This document shows, in pieces, positions 25,519-38,447 of a stretch of 64,000 bases of DNA. Numbering within the stretch: the stretch's first letter is position 1; each line of letters begins with the position of its first letter. The notes under the pieces are model-generated. The model was given only the letters and a program-made list of their open reading frames with translations, did not search any database and was not told the DNA's origin. The stretch spans positions 1,054,001-1,118,000 of the forward strand of contig CAVNZM010000011.1 in NCBI GenBank assembly GCA_963693365.1, read 5' to 3'. The position numbers were made by a program, and so were the translations under genes. Origin of the DNA: Amoebidium appalachense. Lineage: Eukaryota > Protista > Ichthyosporea.

Positions 25519-25836
25519 ATGTCGTATGCCAAAGTGTTCATCCGCAACAGACAGGACGCCGCTGCACGCCTCACTGGCCATCAGTCCAAGCCCGCTGCCG
25601 AGAGAGTCCACCCACACAATCCCAGGCTCCCCATGTTGCCCATTCCCAATGCCCCACCAACACGAGAATGGGTCCCATCTTCACCCCCTCAACCTAACGA
25701 CCTTCGGTCGGATTCAGCACCGGCGCAAAAATCTGGCAACTTGTTTGCCAACACAACTGTGAAATTTGAATTCATGGATTACGACATTGATTCGAAATTG
25801 AGCGGTTACACACTCGTTATCTCAGTTCACCCATGA
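25519..25836 (+). CDS. Possible small protein or exon of unknown function
   Basis: 105-aa ATG-initiated non-repetitive ORF in a unique island; no recognisable domain. Confidence 0.25.
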   Translation: MSYAKVFIRNRQDAAARLTGHQSKPAAERVHPHNPRLPMLPIPNAPPTREWVPSSPPQPNDLRSDSAPAQKSGNLFANTTVKFEFMDYDIDSKLSGYTLVISVHP

Positions 25837-25927
25837 TGTAGATTTTGGAATATGCAAAGACTCAACGCTCTCGCTTGAACTTCGGTTAATAGGGGGAGTT
25901 ATTTTTTTTTTTTTCCTTCCTTTTTTT

Positions 25928-25958
<31 letters not shown>

Positions 25959-26547
25959 GGAGGCCTCATGGTGATGGTGAAGGGAAAGTGGGGAGAGGGG
26001 GAGTGGGGGAGAGGGGGAGTGGGGGAGGGAGGGGGGGAGGGGGGGGGGGGGGGGGGGGGGGGTTTCTCGACAAAAAAAGTTCCTCGGCTTTTCCGGTTAA
26101 GGTATCCCAAATATCCGTATTATGCTTAGAAACTATTCAATTCTCAAAAATTCACAGAAACCACCCTGTATACCGCACAAGTCACCGTATGCACTCTCCC
26201 TCCAATTACATATGCAACCGCACAAAAAAGAAACACCATCCATCTTGACCCCTTGATGATTTATTTTGCACCATTAGTGAACGGACACACATGATTTTCC
26301 TAAAACCGTTGGAATTTTTTGATTGGCTACTTGATGAACTGGCTTCTCCAGTGGCCAATCAGTGCGCCCAACATTTTTAATGCTTAAATATGCACAGGCG
26401 TCCGAACCCTGTGCGGCGTGAAACATAAAACTTTAATAAGTTTCAGGCTTCCTTCGAAAGGCAGTGACATTGTTTTTGGCGTGTTTACGCAAACCAGAAG
26501 TCACCGCACGTGCACTGGCTGCATCCACACTCACACACACGCGCGCG

Positions 26548-26588
<41 letters not shown>

Positions 26589-26627
26589 ACGCACGCAGGC
26601 ACGCAGGCACGCAGGCACGCACGCACA

Positions 26628-26692
<65 letters not shown>

Positions 26693-26763
26693 GCACACAC
26701 GCATACACGAACGCACACAGGGAGGCACGAACGCACGCACACATGCACGCGCGCGCGCGCGCG

Positions 26764-26834
<71 letters not shown>

Positions 26835-27313
26835 CAATGCACGAGCACACACACACACGTGCACCGTCGGACACAGCCTTAAAAACACACACAAAGTGTC
26901 AGAGAGCGAGAAAAAGGGATAGAGAAAGCCTTTTTTATTTTTTATCTATTTCATCTTTTTTTTTTGGGGGGGGGGGGGGGGACAGAGCGGACAAAAAATA
27001 ATACCAATGCACACAAATTGAAGCACACAAACGGCGCATATAGGCAGATCGCACCCTTCCCCCCCCCCCCCCCCTCCCCCACCCCCTCTCCCCCCCCCCC
27101 CCCCCCTTCTCCACCCCCTCCAACAACCACCACCACCTCCTCCTCCGGGCACACCCATACACCATTCACACATGGTCACCGTGTGTTAAATCCTGGGCAT
27201 GTCCAACCTTGCATGCACACACAAACACGCGCGTTCGCGTGCGTGCACGCAGGGCCTGGCACGCAGGCACGCACGCACCTGCACGCCAGCAGCCCGCACG
27301 CACGCACGCACGT

Positions 27314-27364
<51 letters not shown>

Positions 27365-27633
27365 CCTCCCGCACATGCCAACCCCAGTCACAGTGTATGC
27401 GTCAATACACATTCCCCCACCTCAGCGGCACACTTACCAACGTACCTTCCACACACACACACACACACCCATCTAATGAACATGCAGGCATACGCTCAGA
27501 GGATGATTGTGCTGTAATGGCCATATTTGACCTAAAGCCATGCACACACAGCCTGCTCATCTCCCCCCCCCCCCCCCCCTCCCCTCCCCTCCCTCCTCCC
27601 CCCAAACAAAAAAAAAAAAAAAAAAAAAGAAAG

Positions 27634-27666
<33 letters not shown>

Positions 27667-28489
27667 AGAAAAAAAGAAAGAAAAAAAAGCGAGCCCCACT
27701 CCCCTCCCCCCCCCCCCCCTCCCCCCCCCCCTCCCCCTTCCCCCTCCTCTCTCCCCCTCCCTCCCTCCCTCCCTTCCCATCTCCCCTCTCCCCCCTCCCT
27801 CCCTCCCTCCCCCTCTCCCCAATCCCCCTCTCTCTCCCTCACTCCCTCCCGCGATTCCATTTTGGGCCTCCCGCAGTGTTCCCACATCATTAACTGGTGA
27901 TGATCGTAATTCGATTCCATGGCGGCTGCGCCTCATTGGCTGCCTCTGGAATCGGATTTTTCGGCACTGGTTGCCTTTGGGAGGTTGAGTGGGCCAGGCC
28001 GGTGATTGAATATGTCGGAGCGTTAGGGGGCAAGGCTTTTGGGGGCAAAAGTGTATGTGTGTGTGTGGGGGGGGGGGGGGGGGGGGGGGGGTGAGGCCTG
28101 GAGGGGAGGGGGGGGGAGGGGGGGGGGGGAGAGGGGGAGGAAACGGGGGTACCGGTTTGACCAATTATTGATATAACAAGCCCTTCCCCCCTTCCCCTCC
28201 CGCTTTCCTCCCGTCCACCCGTCCACGTCTCCCCAGTGTTGTACAGTCTATCATAAACAGTGCCCCTCCCCTGCCGCCCCTCCCTCCCCCCTGCCCTCCC
28301 ACTCTCGTCTCCCCCCTCCCCCTCCCCCTCAAGACACACACACGCTACACACACCGTCGCCACCCCCTACCGGGGCTCCCCCATATTCCTCCCACAGGCC
28401 GTCTCAATGACTCATCAATGACCCGTTGCACTTTTCTCTTAGATAACCATTCGCCGCATATGCTATGCCGTTAAGTATATACACAAATA

Positions 28490-28845
28490 GCTGAGTATAT
28501 CCACATATAGTGAGTGTATCCACATATCTTTGATTATATCTGCAAATAATTGAATATATCTGCATATTTTTGAGCATATCTGCAGTTACTTGACTTCGGC
28601 ATACAGTGAATGTATCCACCGATATTTGAGCATATATGCATACAGATGAAAATATCTGCATCATAGCAGTTGAGTATATCCACGGTATTCAGTTGATTCA
28701 ATCTGAGATAGTATATACAGAAGAGTATTTTTAGATTATATGTGTGATTGTATCCACACTACACAGATGAGTATATCTGCATTACATAGTTAAGCACACC
28801 ATAATACATGGTTGAGCACAGCACTATTTGAGCATGTCCGCATAA
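28490..28845. repeat. Degenerate motif array GAGYATATCYRCA, about a dozen copies, often ~20 bp apart
   Basis: Copies at e.g. 28493, 28512, 28552, 28572, 28628, 28672, 28770, 28830. Confidence 0.75.
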
Positions 28846-29843
28846 TATCGTCAACTTTCATCATCAGAGGTTCACCTCTGGTGTTATAGGAACAATTTAC
28901 ATTTATTGGGCACACCCTCCGGCTAGTAGGTCAACATCCAAGGTGTTGTACTATCTTCGGGCCTGTGCAACCAATACATAGATAAAGAGGGGCATCACTC
29001 TAATTTCGGTGTACAAGAGGGTAACTAAGGGAAATGTGCTACGCTGCGGCAGCAAGAATGATGCACGAGCACTAGCGTAAAAACGGGGGGGGGGGGGGGG
29101 GGGAGGGGGGGGGGGAGGGGGGGGGGGGGGGGGGGGGGGGGTCCGTACACAAGTAAGCACAGGAGCAAAAAGCCAGGTGCGGCATAGAGATCACCCATGT
29201 TGGTAAGGAAGTTGATGGTGGACGCTAAAAGTTTCTACAGAATTCAGTGAGGTGCAAAAGGTGTGTGTACACTGCATTGGTATATGCTATAATGGCCTGA
29301 AAAGCAACGGAAATGCAATACACGTACCAAAACAACCACAGCACCATGGGTGAGGTCTACATGTGCACCACCGAAATAGCTCTATGCGGCATGAGAAAGC
29401 AGTTACCCAGCAAAAAAGTGCCTAACCTAATTTGGAAAGCCAATAACGCTACCAGCATACCAGATCTCCTCCCGATGAGTATAACTAGCATGCTGAACTA
29501 ATTAGACGTTTGAATCGTTGCTTGCATATGTCAAGGGTTGAAAGAAGGTGTGTGTTGTGGAATTAATTAACGGGCGAATCGGTCTAAGCGAGGGTGTGTG
29601 TCACGTGCTTGTGTCATGTGTGTGGGGTGTGTGGGTTACTAGGGTGCAGCTAGTATGTGCGGACCTCGTGCAAGTGCGGATTTTTGTAGAAGGGAAAGGA
29701 TAAAGGTGTGTCGAACGTGGGCAGGCAAGTAGGGAGGCTAGGCATACTGTTTGAACAGTGGGTGCATGGGTGCAGCGGGTTGCAGGTGCTGGTTAAGGTA
29801 AAAAAACGAGTTGTGTAGGTGTGTGGAGGGCAAGAATGGAATC

Positions 29844-29962
<119 letters not shown>

Positions 29963-29972
29963 GTTTGTGTGT

Positions 29973-30024
<52 letters not shown>

Positions 30025-30617
30025 GGGGGGGGGGGGGGGGGAGGGGGGGGAGGGGGGGGGGGCTACACCAGCACCAACTAAGAGACAATAAACCTCCGAT
30101 CAATAAAATAACGTTGAGTAATTGATCTTATGCCATGGCCAATAAGCACACTTTTTGACTTGATCCACACAAGCCAATGCCAAATCAGATTGCAGGAGCG
30201 TTCAGAAGAAGCAGGGATACAATAAACACCTATGGTCCTATTATGATCAAGTGGGACCCCCCCGGGAACTGAGGGGGGGGCTAAGGGGCTGTGTTTATAT
30301 CTGTGTTTGTGCGTGTGTGTTGGGGGAGGGGGGAGGGGGGTGCATGCGCGGTTGTGTTTGTGTATCATGTGACTAAATGTGCATGCCATCTGTTTTGAGT
30401 AGCGGCCCTGAAGCAGCATTACAGATTACGAGACACACATTCATCACGGAAAACACAATGCAGGGTGCAAAGCACACATAAAAAAATTGTACAGCAAGCA
30501 GAACCCATCCTCAGGGGGGGCGCAGGGGGGGGGGGGGGGGGGGGGGGGGGGAGGGGGGGGGAAGGAGGGGGGGGGGGGGGGAAGGGGGCCGGAAGACTTT
30601 TGGGTGCGAGAGGGGGG

Positions 30618-30659
<42 letters not shown>

Positions 30660-31632
30660 GGGGGACACCCTCTCACACACCCGCGCAGCTGCCCCAGCCC
30701 TGGTCCTTCGAGGCTCCTCCAACTCCTCTTTTGTGAATGCACGCAGCGTGGACACACAACATGATCTTTGCTCCTACGGTCACCGTGTTGCATACTTCTC
30801 CATCCCAAGCACCACACGATAAACTCTGCCTGCACTATACATACACACTTACTTGCCCAGGTAATTTTTTTCGGGGTAAGGGGCAGGTGGCCCAAGGCAC
30901 CCCGCAGGTGTGTGTGTGGTTGTGGTGGAAGGGGAGGGTGGGGGGGGTTACAGGGAGGCTTTGTGATCAACCAATCCCATGAAGGCGCAAAGACTTTAAA
31001 AGAGGGTGTTGGGAATGGCTCAAAAAGAATGCAGGGATTGCCAGTGACGGCATATCCCAACACTCCTATTGCAAGTGGCCGACAAAGACCAACACACACC
31101 CTAAAACTATCGTTCATATTATACTCAACATGAAGTTCCCTTGTGCTGCTTCACCCCCCCTCCCCCCCCCCCCCCCCAAACACCCCCCCCCCCCCTCCCC
31201 CCCCCCCCCCCCCTCCCGTCCCCCTCCCCCCTCCCCCCCCTCATAGCCCTATGTAACACCCTAACATGTTCGCAAACGTGCGTGCACATAGCAAGGCATA
31301 CACACACACACACACATACCAGAGAACACGTGCACGCAGTTCGTGTCGATCACAGGTGCGTACCACATTTCATGTACACAATTAACACTGTTGCACGTGT
31401 ATACAGAAAACAGATGTATCCATATTAATAGCATTGAAGCTACCCCCCCCCCCCCCCCCCCCCCCGCACCCCCTTGCCCCTCGCTCCTTCCCTTCAACCC
31501 CCCTAGTACACAGACTACCGCAAACATACACACAATAAACTTTGCACCCACCGTATGGTTCAGTTGTCCTTGATAGAGCGAGATATCATGCAGTAATGCG
31601 AGCACGTATAACCGATCCCCCCCTCATGCCCC

Positions 31633-31760
<128 letters not shown>

Positions 31761-32174
31761 CACAGACACACACACACACACACACTTTATTTTATTTACT
31801 TTAATCACGTTTTATTCCCGGAGAGCCTTTGCAGCCCCCCCCCCCTCCCGCCCACCCCCCCCCTCCCCCCACCCCACCCCCCCCACACACACACGTATTC
31901 GCAAACACGGGCACAGCCCGTGTGTGCATGCACACACACATCCATGCACACAAACACACACACACACACACACACATCCCACGTGTTTATCATCACACTT
32001 CCAGATGCACACACACCGTGATCACTCATTACCTCTCTCTCTAGCTCGTGGTTCTATCCCTGCCTCATCTTCTAGTTTGAATGAATATCTCTTCCTCTTT
32101 CTCTCACTCACTCACTCACTGACTCACTGAGTCTCTCACTCACCCGCCCACACACACACACACAAACACACGCG

Positions 32175-32206
<32 letters not shown>

Positions 32207-32268
32207 CACTCTCTCTCTTTCTTTCTCTCTCTCTCTCTCTCTCTCTCCCCCCCCCCCTCTCTCTCTCG

Positions 32269-32464
<196 letters not shown>

Positions 32465-34416
32465 AGTCTCTTTTTCCGACCCCTCTACATCCTCGCCCCC
32501 TGCCCCCTGCTCCTTCTCACCCTGCCCTTTCCCCTCCTCCCCTGTCACTGTGTATTTGGAACCGGCGGCCTGTGTACACATGAGGGACAATACAGTTCCT
32601 TGTTCAAGTGTTTCAAAGTTGTTGCCACATGGAGGACTGGGCCACATGAATTATCCGCAGTGTCCGGCTAGCCGGCCGCGCCACATGCCCGTCACATGTG
32701 GCATGTCCAGATGCACAGTCACATGCTACTTAATCGGCGCATTTTTTTGATCAGCATGTGAGGGTTGCAGGGTTTTGGGATAACATGGATTCGGCTGTTT
32801 ATTTACGTACTTGTTTCGTAAATCTGGGACCTACCACTTCTTCTTCTTCTCTTTTTTCTTCTCTGGAAAGTGGAAACACAATGGCACATGCACGTGTAAG
32901 TTGGTATACTGTACGTAGGGCTACACTACGGACTACGGAGTACAGTGACGGAGTACTCGCCGACGCTGAATGCGCATTGCTGGTCACGACGATCCAATCG
33001 GAAATGGCTATGCAGATGGGTAGCGATTGGCCAGAGCAATGGAGGAGTGCAAAACAACGATGATGTCGCTTTATTCGAATTGCAGCAATACTGGCTTCCC
33101 CGCCCAGGAAGCCAGAGGTGAATTTACGTTATTTATGATTAAGAACTTTATAAAAACAACAGCTTTTTATTATACTCAGTGAGTCAGAGAGCCACTTTCA
33201 AGAATCAGGTTTATTATCTGCAATGCTCAGTCACTTGCTATCCGGATTCCCCAGCCTAGGGCTTTCTACAACCAATTGTTTATTCGGGAGTAATCACAAT
33301 TCCGATTGGTCCAATCCGAACTTGCAACAAAAAATCCATCATGCAATAAATGCTATGAATGCTATGAAGAACATGATTATTCATGTACATAAAACACTGA
33401 AGGGATGAAAAGAATCAATAAGACATGAGAAGTAAGGTCAAATCTGTGGTGAAAAATGGAAGTATTTCGTGATCATAATATGTGTCGATCATATCGGAAT
33501 ATGATCAATATTCCGGAATATGCGTGGCATGCGCAAATCTTAGGCAGCGTTAGTGTTCAGTGACTTTACCACCAAATCAGATCAAGCAAACTATATAAAA
33601 TATTGAAAGGCTCAAAATCATCCTACAATAAATAGACTTTTACACCAGCCAAAAATTGACGGCGTTCCTTAATCTATTACGGTCATGAGTCTAAGAATCT
33701 GTAAATCGCCCCGGCCTGGGCCTGGCCGGCCCCACCAAACTTTAAAGTTCCCTCCGATATCATAGGGCTACCGCTCCTAATGTCAATTAGAGAGTGTATT
33801 GTATACACCAATCAAATGAGCGCCAATCCTGTGCAACTTCTGATGTGACTTATGTGGCCACAACAGTGCGTTTTCGAGACTAGAGACCACAAAAGTATAA
33901 AAAAAACTCAAAACAATGTTACACACAGGAAAATATCTCTTAAACTTGCTTCAGATACTTTGAGTTGCAACAACGTAGCGCATTGCTAGAGCGACTTTCA
34001 CTAACTTGCTGGTCCCGCCGAGAGTTAGTATACTCGTGCATACGCCGCTATGCAAAAATTGAATTTATCGTCTTATAGAATGACGTCACACAATCTTAGA
34101 AAGGAAGTTGTACTATTTTGAATGCCGTCAGATTGCGCATGATAGCTAGCGAATCGAACCTGGTATCTACCTTGCATTTGATTGGTGTATACACGGACTA
34201 TGTGGCAATTAGGACTAAGCCTATGTAAAAAAATCCCGCATCTCCACAGGATATTTAGGGGTCCTCGGGATATGGGATATATCCGGATATTTAGGCAGTT
34301 TTGGGATAGTTCCAAATGATATTTAGGGAGGGGCGGGATTTCCAATCTATCCACAGGGGGTGGATATATCCCGGTCCAGCGCTCAGGATAGATTTAGGTA
34401 TCCCGTGGGTTTAGGT

Positions 34417-35150
34417 CCCACCCTCTCTTCTCTCCCACCCTCTCTTCTCTCCCACCCTCTCTTCTCTATCCGACCTGTCCCCTCCTCACCTCTCCCCTCT
34501 TTCCTCCCCTCTCTCTCCCCTTCTCCCCTGGGCACAAATACAAATAAACCCCGCAATAGTGTGTGTGTGACTTTGGACTGCCACTTACTTATTAAACATG
34601 TACACAATCACAAGATAATCACGCAATATAACAAATGGAAAAAGATACCACACGACACTAGACCCGATGAAAGCATACACCTTGAAAAACTAAGCCTTAT
34701 GTCTCGTTTTATATATACTGACCGCCTCAACCATATTGCCAAATATGGCACTCGCAAGTGTATAACACCTAAATACATATTACCTTCCTGTAGAACTGGT
34801 CTTTCTCTAGCTGATGGTATTATTGATCAATTACCACGCTTTTACTGTACACGTGCTATACAGTGGAGATCTAATAAGTATAAGGTGGCATCATTTGCAT
34901 GCCCAAACAACACACACACACACCAGTTTAACCGGTCATGTATCGCCAAATGTAGTTTGATAGACCACATAATACCGCAACACACACACGTCACATTCAC
35001 AACAGACACCCAGAAAGATAGCCTACCTGTAAATTACAACATCCTTGATTTTATACTAAACACGCGTAACTACGACCTGTTTATTAGATGTATTGATTGG
35101 CTTGAGAAACACATCACTACAAAATTATAGCGCACGCGCACACACACACA

Positions 35151-35211
<61 letters not shown>

Positions 35212-35243
35212 CCAGCTGATACCGAGTGTCCCGAGGGGAGCCC

Positions 35244-35285
<42 letters not shown>

Positions 35286-35481
35286 GGGGAACCCCAACTA
35301 ATTGATTTCTCCTTGTAGTCTTTATGGTGTCTCGTAGAGAAAGTAAACCCTGATATATAGTCACCACCCGACATCTATGTACGTGATCATGATATACCGC
35401 TGAGGGGATATTCCGAGCAAACCCCCCCCCCCCCATACCTGAGACTGGTTCTCTTTGCCTCGAGTAAACAGCGTAAACCCC
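34417..35481 (+). mobile_element. 5'-truncated LINE copy B
   Basis: Translation identical to the ORF2 C-terminus of copy A from SHPLFSIRP onward; complete 3' UTR ending GTAAACCCC. Confidence 0.95.
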
Positions 35482-35494
35482 TATATTATATATG

Positions 35495-36754
35495 CAAAGA
35501 TTGTTCGATGTAGTGTCAGAGTGGTGGAAGGCAAACCTTATGATCCTTAACATAGACAAATGTGGTGTTCTTGTACCTGATATAGCTAACAATTTACACA
35601 CATTTACATTATCATCTAAACCTGTACCTATAGTTCCAGAATACAAATATCTTGGTGTTCCGGTTGATTCTGTTGGTGTTATGTTTCCCCATATGGTCGA
35701 AAAGAGGGTAGAGTTGGCTCGTAAGCGGTTATCTTTCTTCTCGGCTAATATTTTTAAAGACACACCCCTCCATCCTTCTATTAGACTTACATTTATTCGC
35801 ACTTTTGTCTTCCCGGCATGTGAATATGGTTTACCCCTTCTCGCCGCTTGGATCAAGAAAGAGAGAACTAGAGCGCTTAAACCCTTGGCAAATTTCCTTG
35901 AAGCAGAAGTTGCCTCCTTTCTATCTAACAACTGTTGTAAACCTGGGCCTGTAACGCTCTCGATATATGGTCTGGTCCCAATAGCTGCTAGAGTATCCTA
36001 TCTCGCGCTGAAATTCAATAAGCACATAAGCCGCTTAAAGAAGTATTTGCCCTCCCACCCTCTCTTCTCTATCCGACCTGTCCCCTCCTCACCTCTCCCC
36101 TCTTTCCTCCCCTCTCTCTCCCCTTCTCCCCTGGGCACAAATACAAATAAACCCCGCAATAGTGTGTGTGTGACTTTGGACTGCCACTTACTTATTAAAC
36201 ATGTACACAATCACAAGATAATCACGCAATATAACAAATGGAAAAAGATACCACACGACACTAGACCCGATGAAAGCATACACCTTGAAAAACTAAGCCT
36301 TATGTCTCGTTTTATATATACTGACCGCCTCAACCATATTGCCAAATATGGCACTCGCAAGTGTATAACACCTAAATACATATTACCTTCCTGTAGAACT
36401 GGTCTTTCTCTAGCTGATGGTATTATTGATCAATTACCACGCTTTTACTGTACACGTGCTATACAGTGGAGATCTAATAAGTATAAGGTGGCATCATTTG
36501 CATGCCCAAACAACACACACACACACCAGTTTAACCGGTCATGTATCGCCAAATGTAGTTTGATAGACCACATAATACCGCAACACACACACGTCACATT
36601 CACAACAGACACCCAGAAAGATAGCCTACCTGTAAATTACAACATCCTTGATTTTATACTAAACACGCGTAACTACGACCTGTTTATTAGATGTATTGAT
36701 TGGCTTGAGAAACACATCACTACAAAATTATAGCGCACGCGCACACACACACAC

Positions 36755-36813
<59 letters not shown>

Positions 36814-37096
36814 CCAGCTGATACCGAGTGTCCCGAGGGGAGCCCCTTTAAAAAAAATAAAAAAATAAAAAAAAATAAAAAAAAAAAAAAAAAAAAAAAA
36901 CGGGGAACCCCAACTAATTGATTTCTCCTTGTAGTCTTTATGGTGTCTCGTAGAGAAAGTAAACCCTGATATATAGTCACCACCCGACATCTATGTACGT
37001 GATCATGATATACCGCTGAGGGGATATTCCGAGCAAACCCCCCCCCCCCATACCTGAGACTGGTTCTCTTTGCCTCGAGTAAACAGCGTAAACCCC
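35495..37096 (+). mobile_element. 5'-truncated LINE copy C, tandem with copy B
   Basis: Starts just after the YADD motif of the RT. Two amino-acid differences seen versus copy A (C>W, A>S). Complete 3' UTR. Flanked by TATATTATATATG at 35482-35494 and 37097-37109. Confidence 0.95.
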
Positions 37097-37472
37097 TATA
37101 TTATATATGTTTGTGGCCAGGGATATCACAGCAAATAGGCTAAGATCAAGGTTGTGAACGAGAGCAAAGTCAGGCTGATAAAAAGTCATGTATATGTAGT
37201 AGAAGATAAGTAGTCGACGTGAGCAAGGATAAAATTTCATTGTGGTGGCAAGACCGTCCCGTGCCTTGAGTCCCCCCCCCCCCCCCCCCCCCCCCCAGCC
37301 TTTGTTATCCCCCCCCCCCCCCCCCCCCCTTCCGGCCCCCCCCCCCACCCCCCGCCCTCAATCGAGGCCGGGGCCGGCCACACGTTGCACTGCAGACTTG
37401 TCACGACTCACACGTACGTAATGCCAGTGGTGCATATGATCCATATGCATATCCTTTTTATGCATGCATGCA

Positions 37473-37515
<43 letters not shown>

Positions 37516-37522
37516 ACCCACC

Positions 37523-37616
<94 letters not shown>

Positions 37617-38303
37617 TGATACTTAGGCCTGAGTCTTCGAAATATTATGGATACCTGCCCGCCGGGCTAAGTTTAGCACCGGATATTAGCCCGGATATTT
37701 AGGCTTCAGCGAGAGAAAAATGATATTTCTCGGGATAGATAGGGGCCCAAGGGATAGATGAACTTGATATTTAGGTCCATTTTTCGGGATTTTCCGGGAT
37801 ATGATCTATGATATTTAGGTAGGTTTTGTGATAGATCGGGAGAAAAGCAATATGATATTTAGGTAGTTTTTTGGGATAGATTTACATAGGCTTAATTAGG
37901 ACGCGTAAATTTAACGTTAGCCCTGTAATATCGGATGGAACTTTAAGCACGGCCCTCATTTAAGCCTCCAACGAAAAGCAAACTTTGAAAGCACAATCGT
38001 TGGTGGAGCAAATCACTAGAGTGCGTATGACCGTAATGATTTGAGCCAATCCAAATAGCCCATCGCACCACACTCTTACTGTCCAGCCGTCTTGACGTTT
38101 GGCACCGCTTTGGTTTTGTTACTCAAGTCTTGATGGTCTGAAAATAATGAAGCAACATTCAAAAGAAGCATAATCTAGCCACAGTTTAGTGTATAAATAC
38201 AACAAAATCAGTTGTTTTACAGGCGTTTTTAGCTTGCCAAATGCCAAATCAGAAGCCATGCGAATCGACCTTCGAAATTTTGAATCTCAGGTATTTAGTC
38301 CAG

Positions 38304-38361
38304 CCAATCAGACGCACAAGAATCCCGATTGGCTACTAACACTGCGAACAACAAGTATAAA
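38304..38361 (+). promoter_or_regulatory. Core promoter of MFS copy 1: CCAAT, inverted CCAAT (ATTGG), TATAAA
   Basis: CCAAT 38304, ATTGG 38328, TATAAA 38356; same arrangement and spacing upstream of the paralog. Confidence 0.7.
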
Positions 38362-38447
38362 GTGACCGCGAGCGCCTCGAAGCCGGCACACTTGGCAAGC
38401 CTCCTCCCTCAGTTCACTCGGTGACGATTAGGCGTCCAACATCCACC

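Larger units (their letters stand above)
34216..37894. mobile_element. Non-autonomous hAT-like element (8-bp TSD), ~1 kb without the nested LINEs
   Basis: Perfect 14-bp TIR TAAGCCTATGTAAA / TTTACATAGGCTTA. 8-bp TSD ATTAGGAC at 34208-34215 and 37895-37902. Multiple subterminal GATATTTAGG motifs at both ends. Confidence 0.88.
33746..37942. mobile_element. Non-autonomous TIR DNA transposon (MITE) with TTAA TSD, Kolobok-like; ~0.5 kb without its nested insertions
   Basis: 28-bp TIRs at 33746-33773 and 37915-37942 (4 mismatches), starting AG and ending CT. TTAA at 33742-33745 and 37943-37946. Perfect 19-bp subterminal inverted repeat at 33800-33818 / 34175-34193. Confidence 0.8.

Noticed and set aside
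35285-35481. Canonical hammerhead or HDV ribozyme in the LINE 3' UTR
   Set aside because: No CUGANGA...GAAA core, and no HDV P1-P2-P3-P1.1-P4 order could be built by eye.
35492-36733. 413-aa ORF as an independent gene
   Set aside because: It is the truncated ORF2 of LINE copy C; the ATG is created by the junction and it lacks the RT catalytic core.
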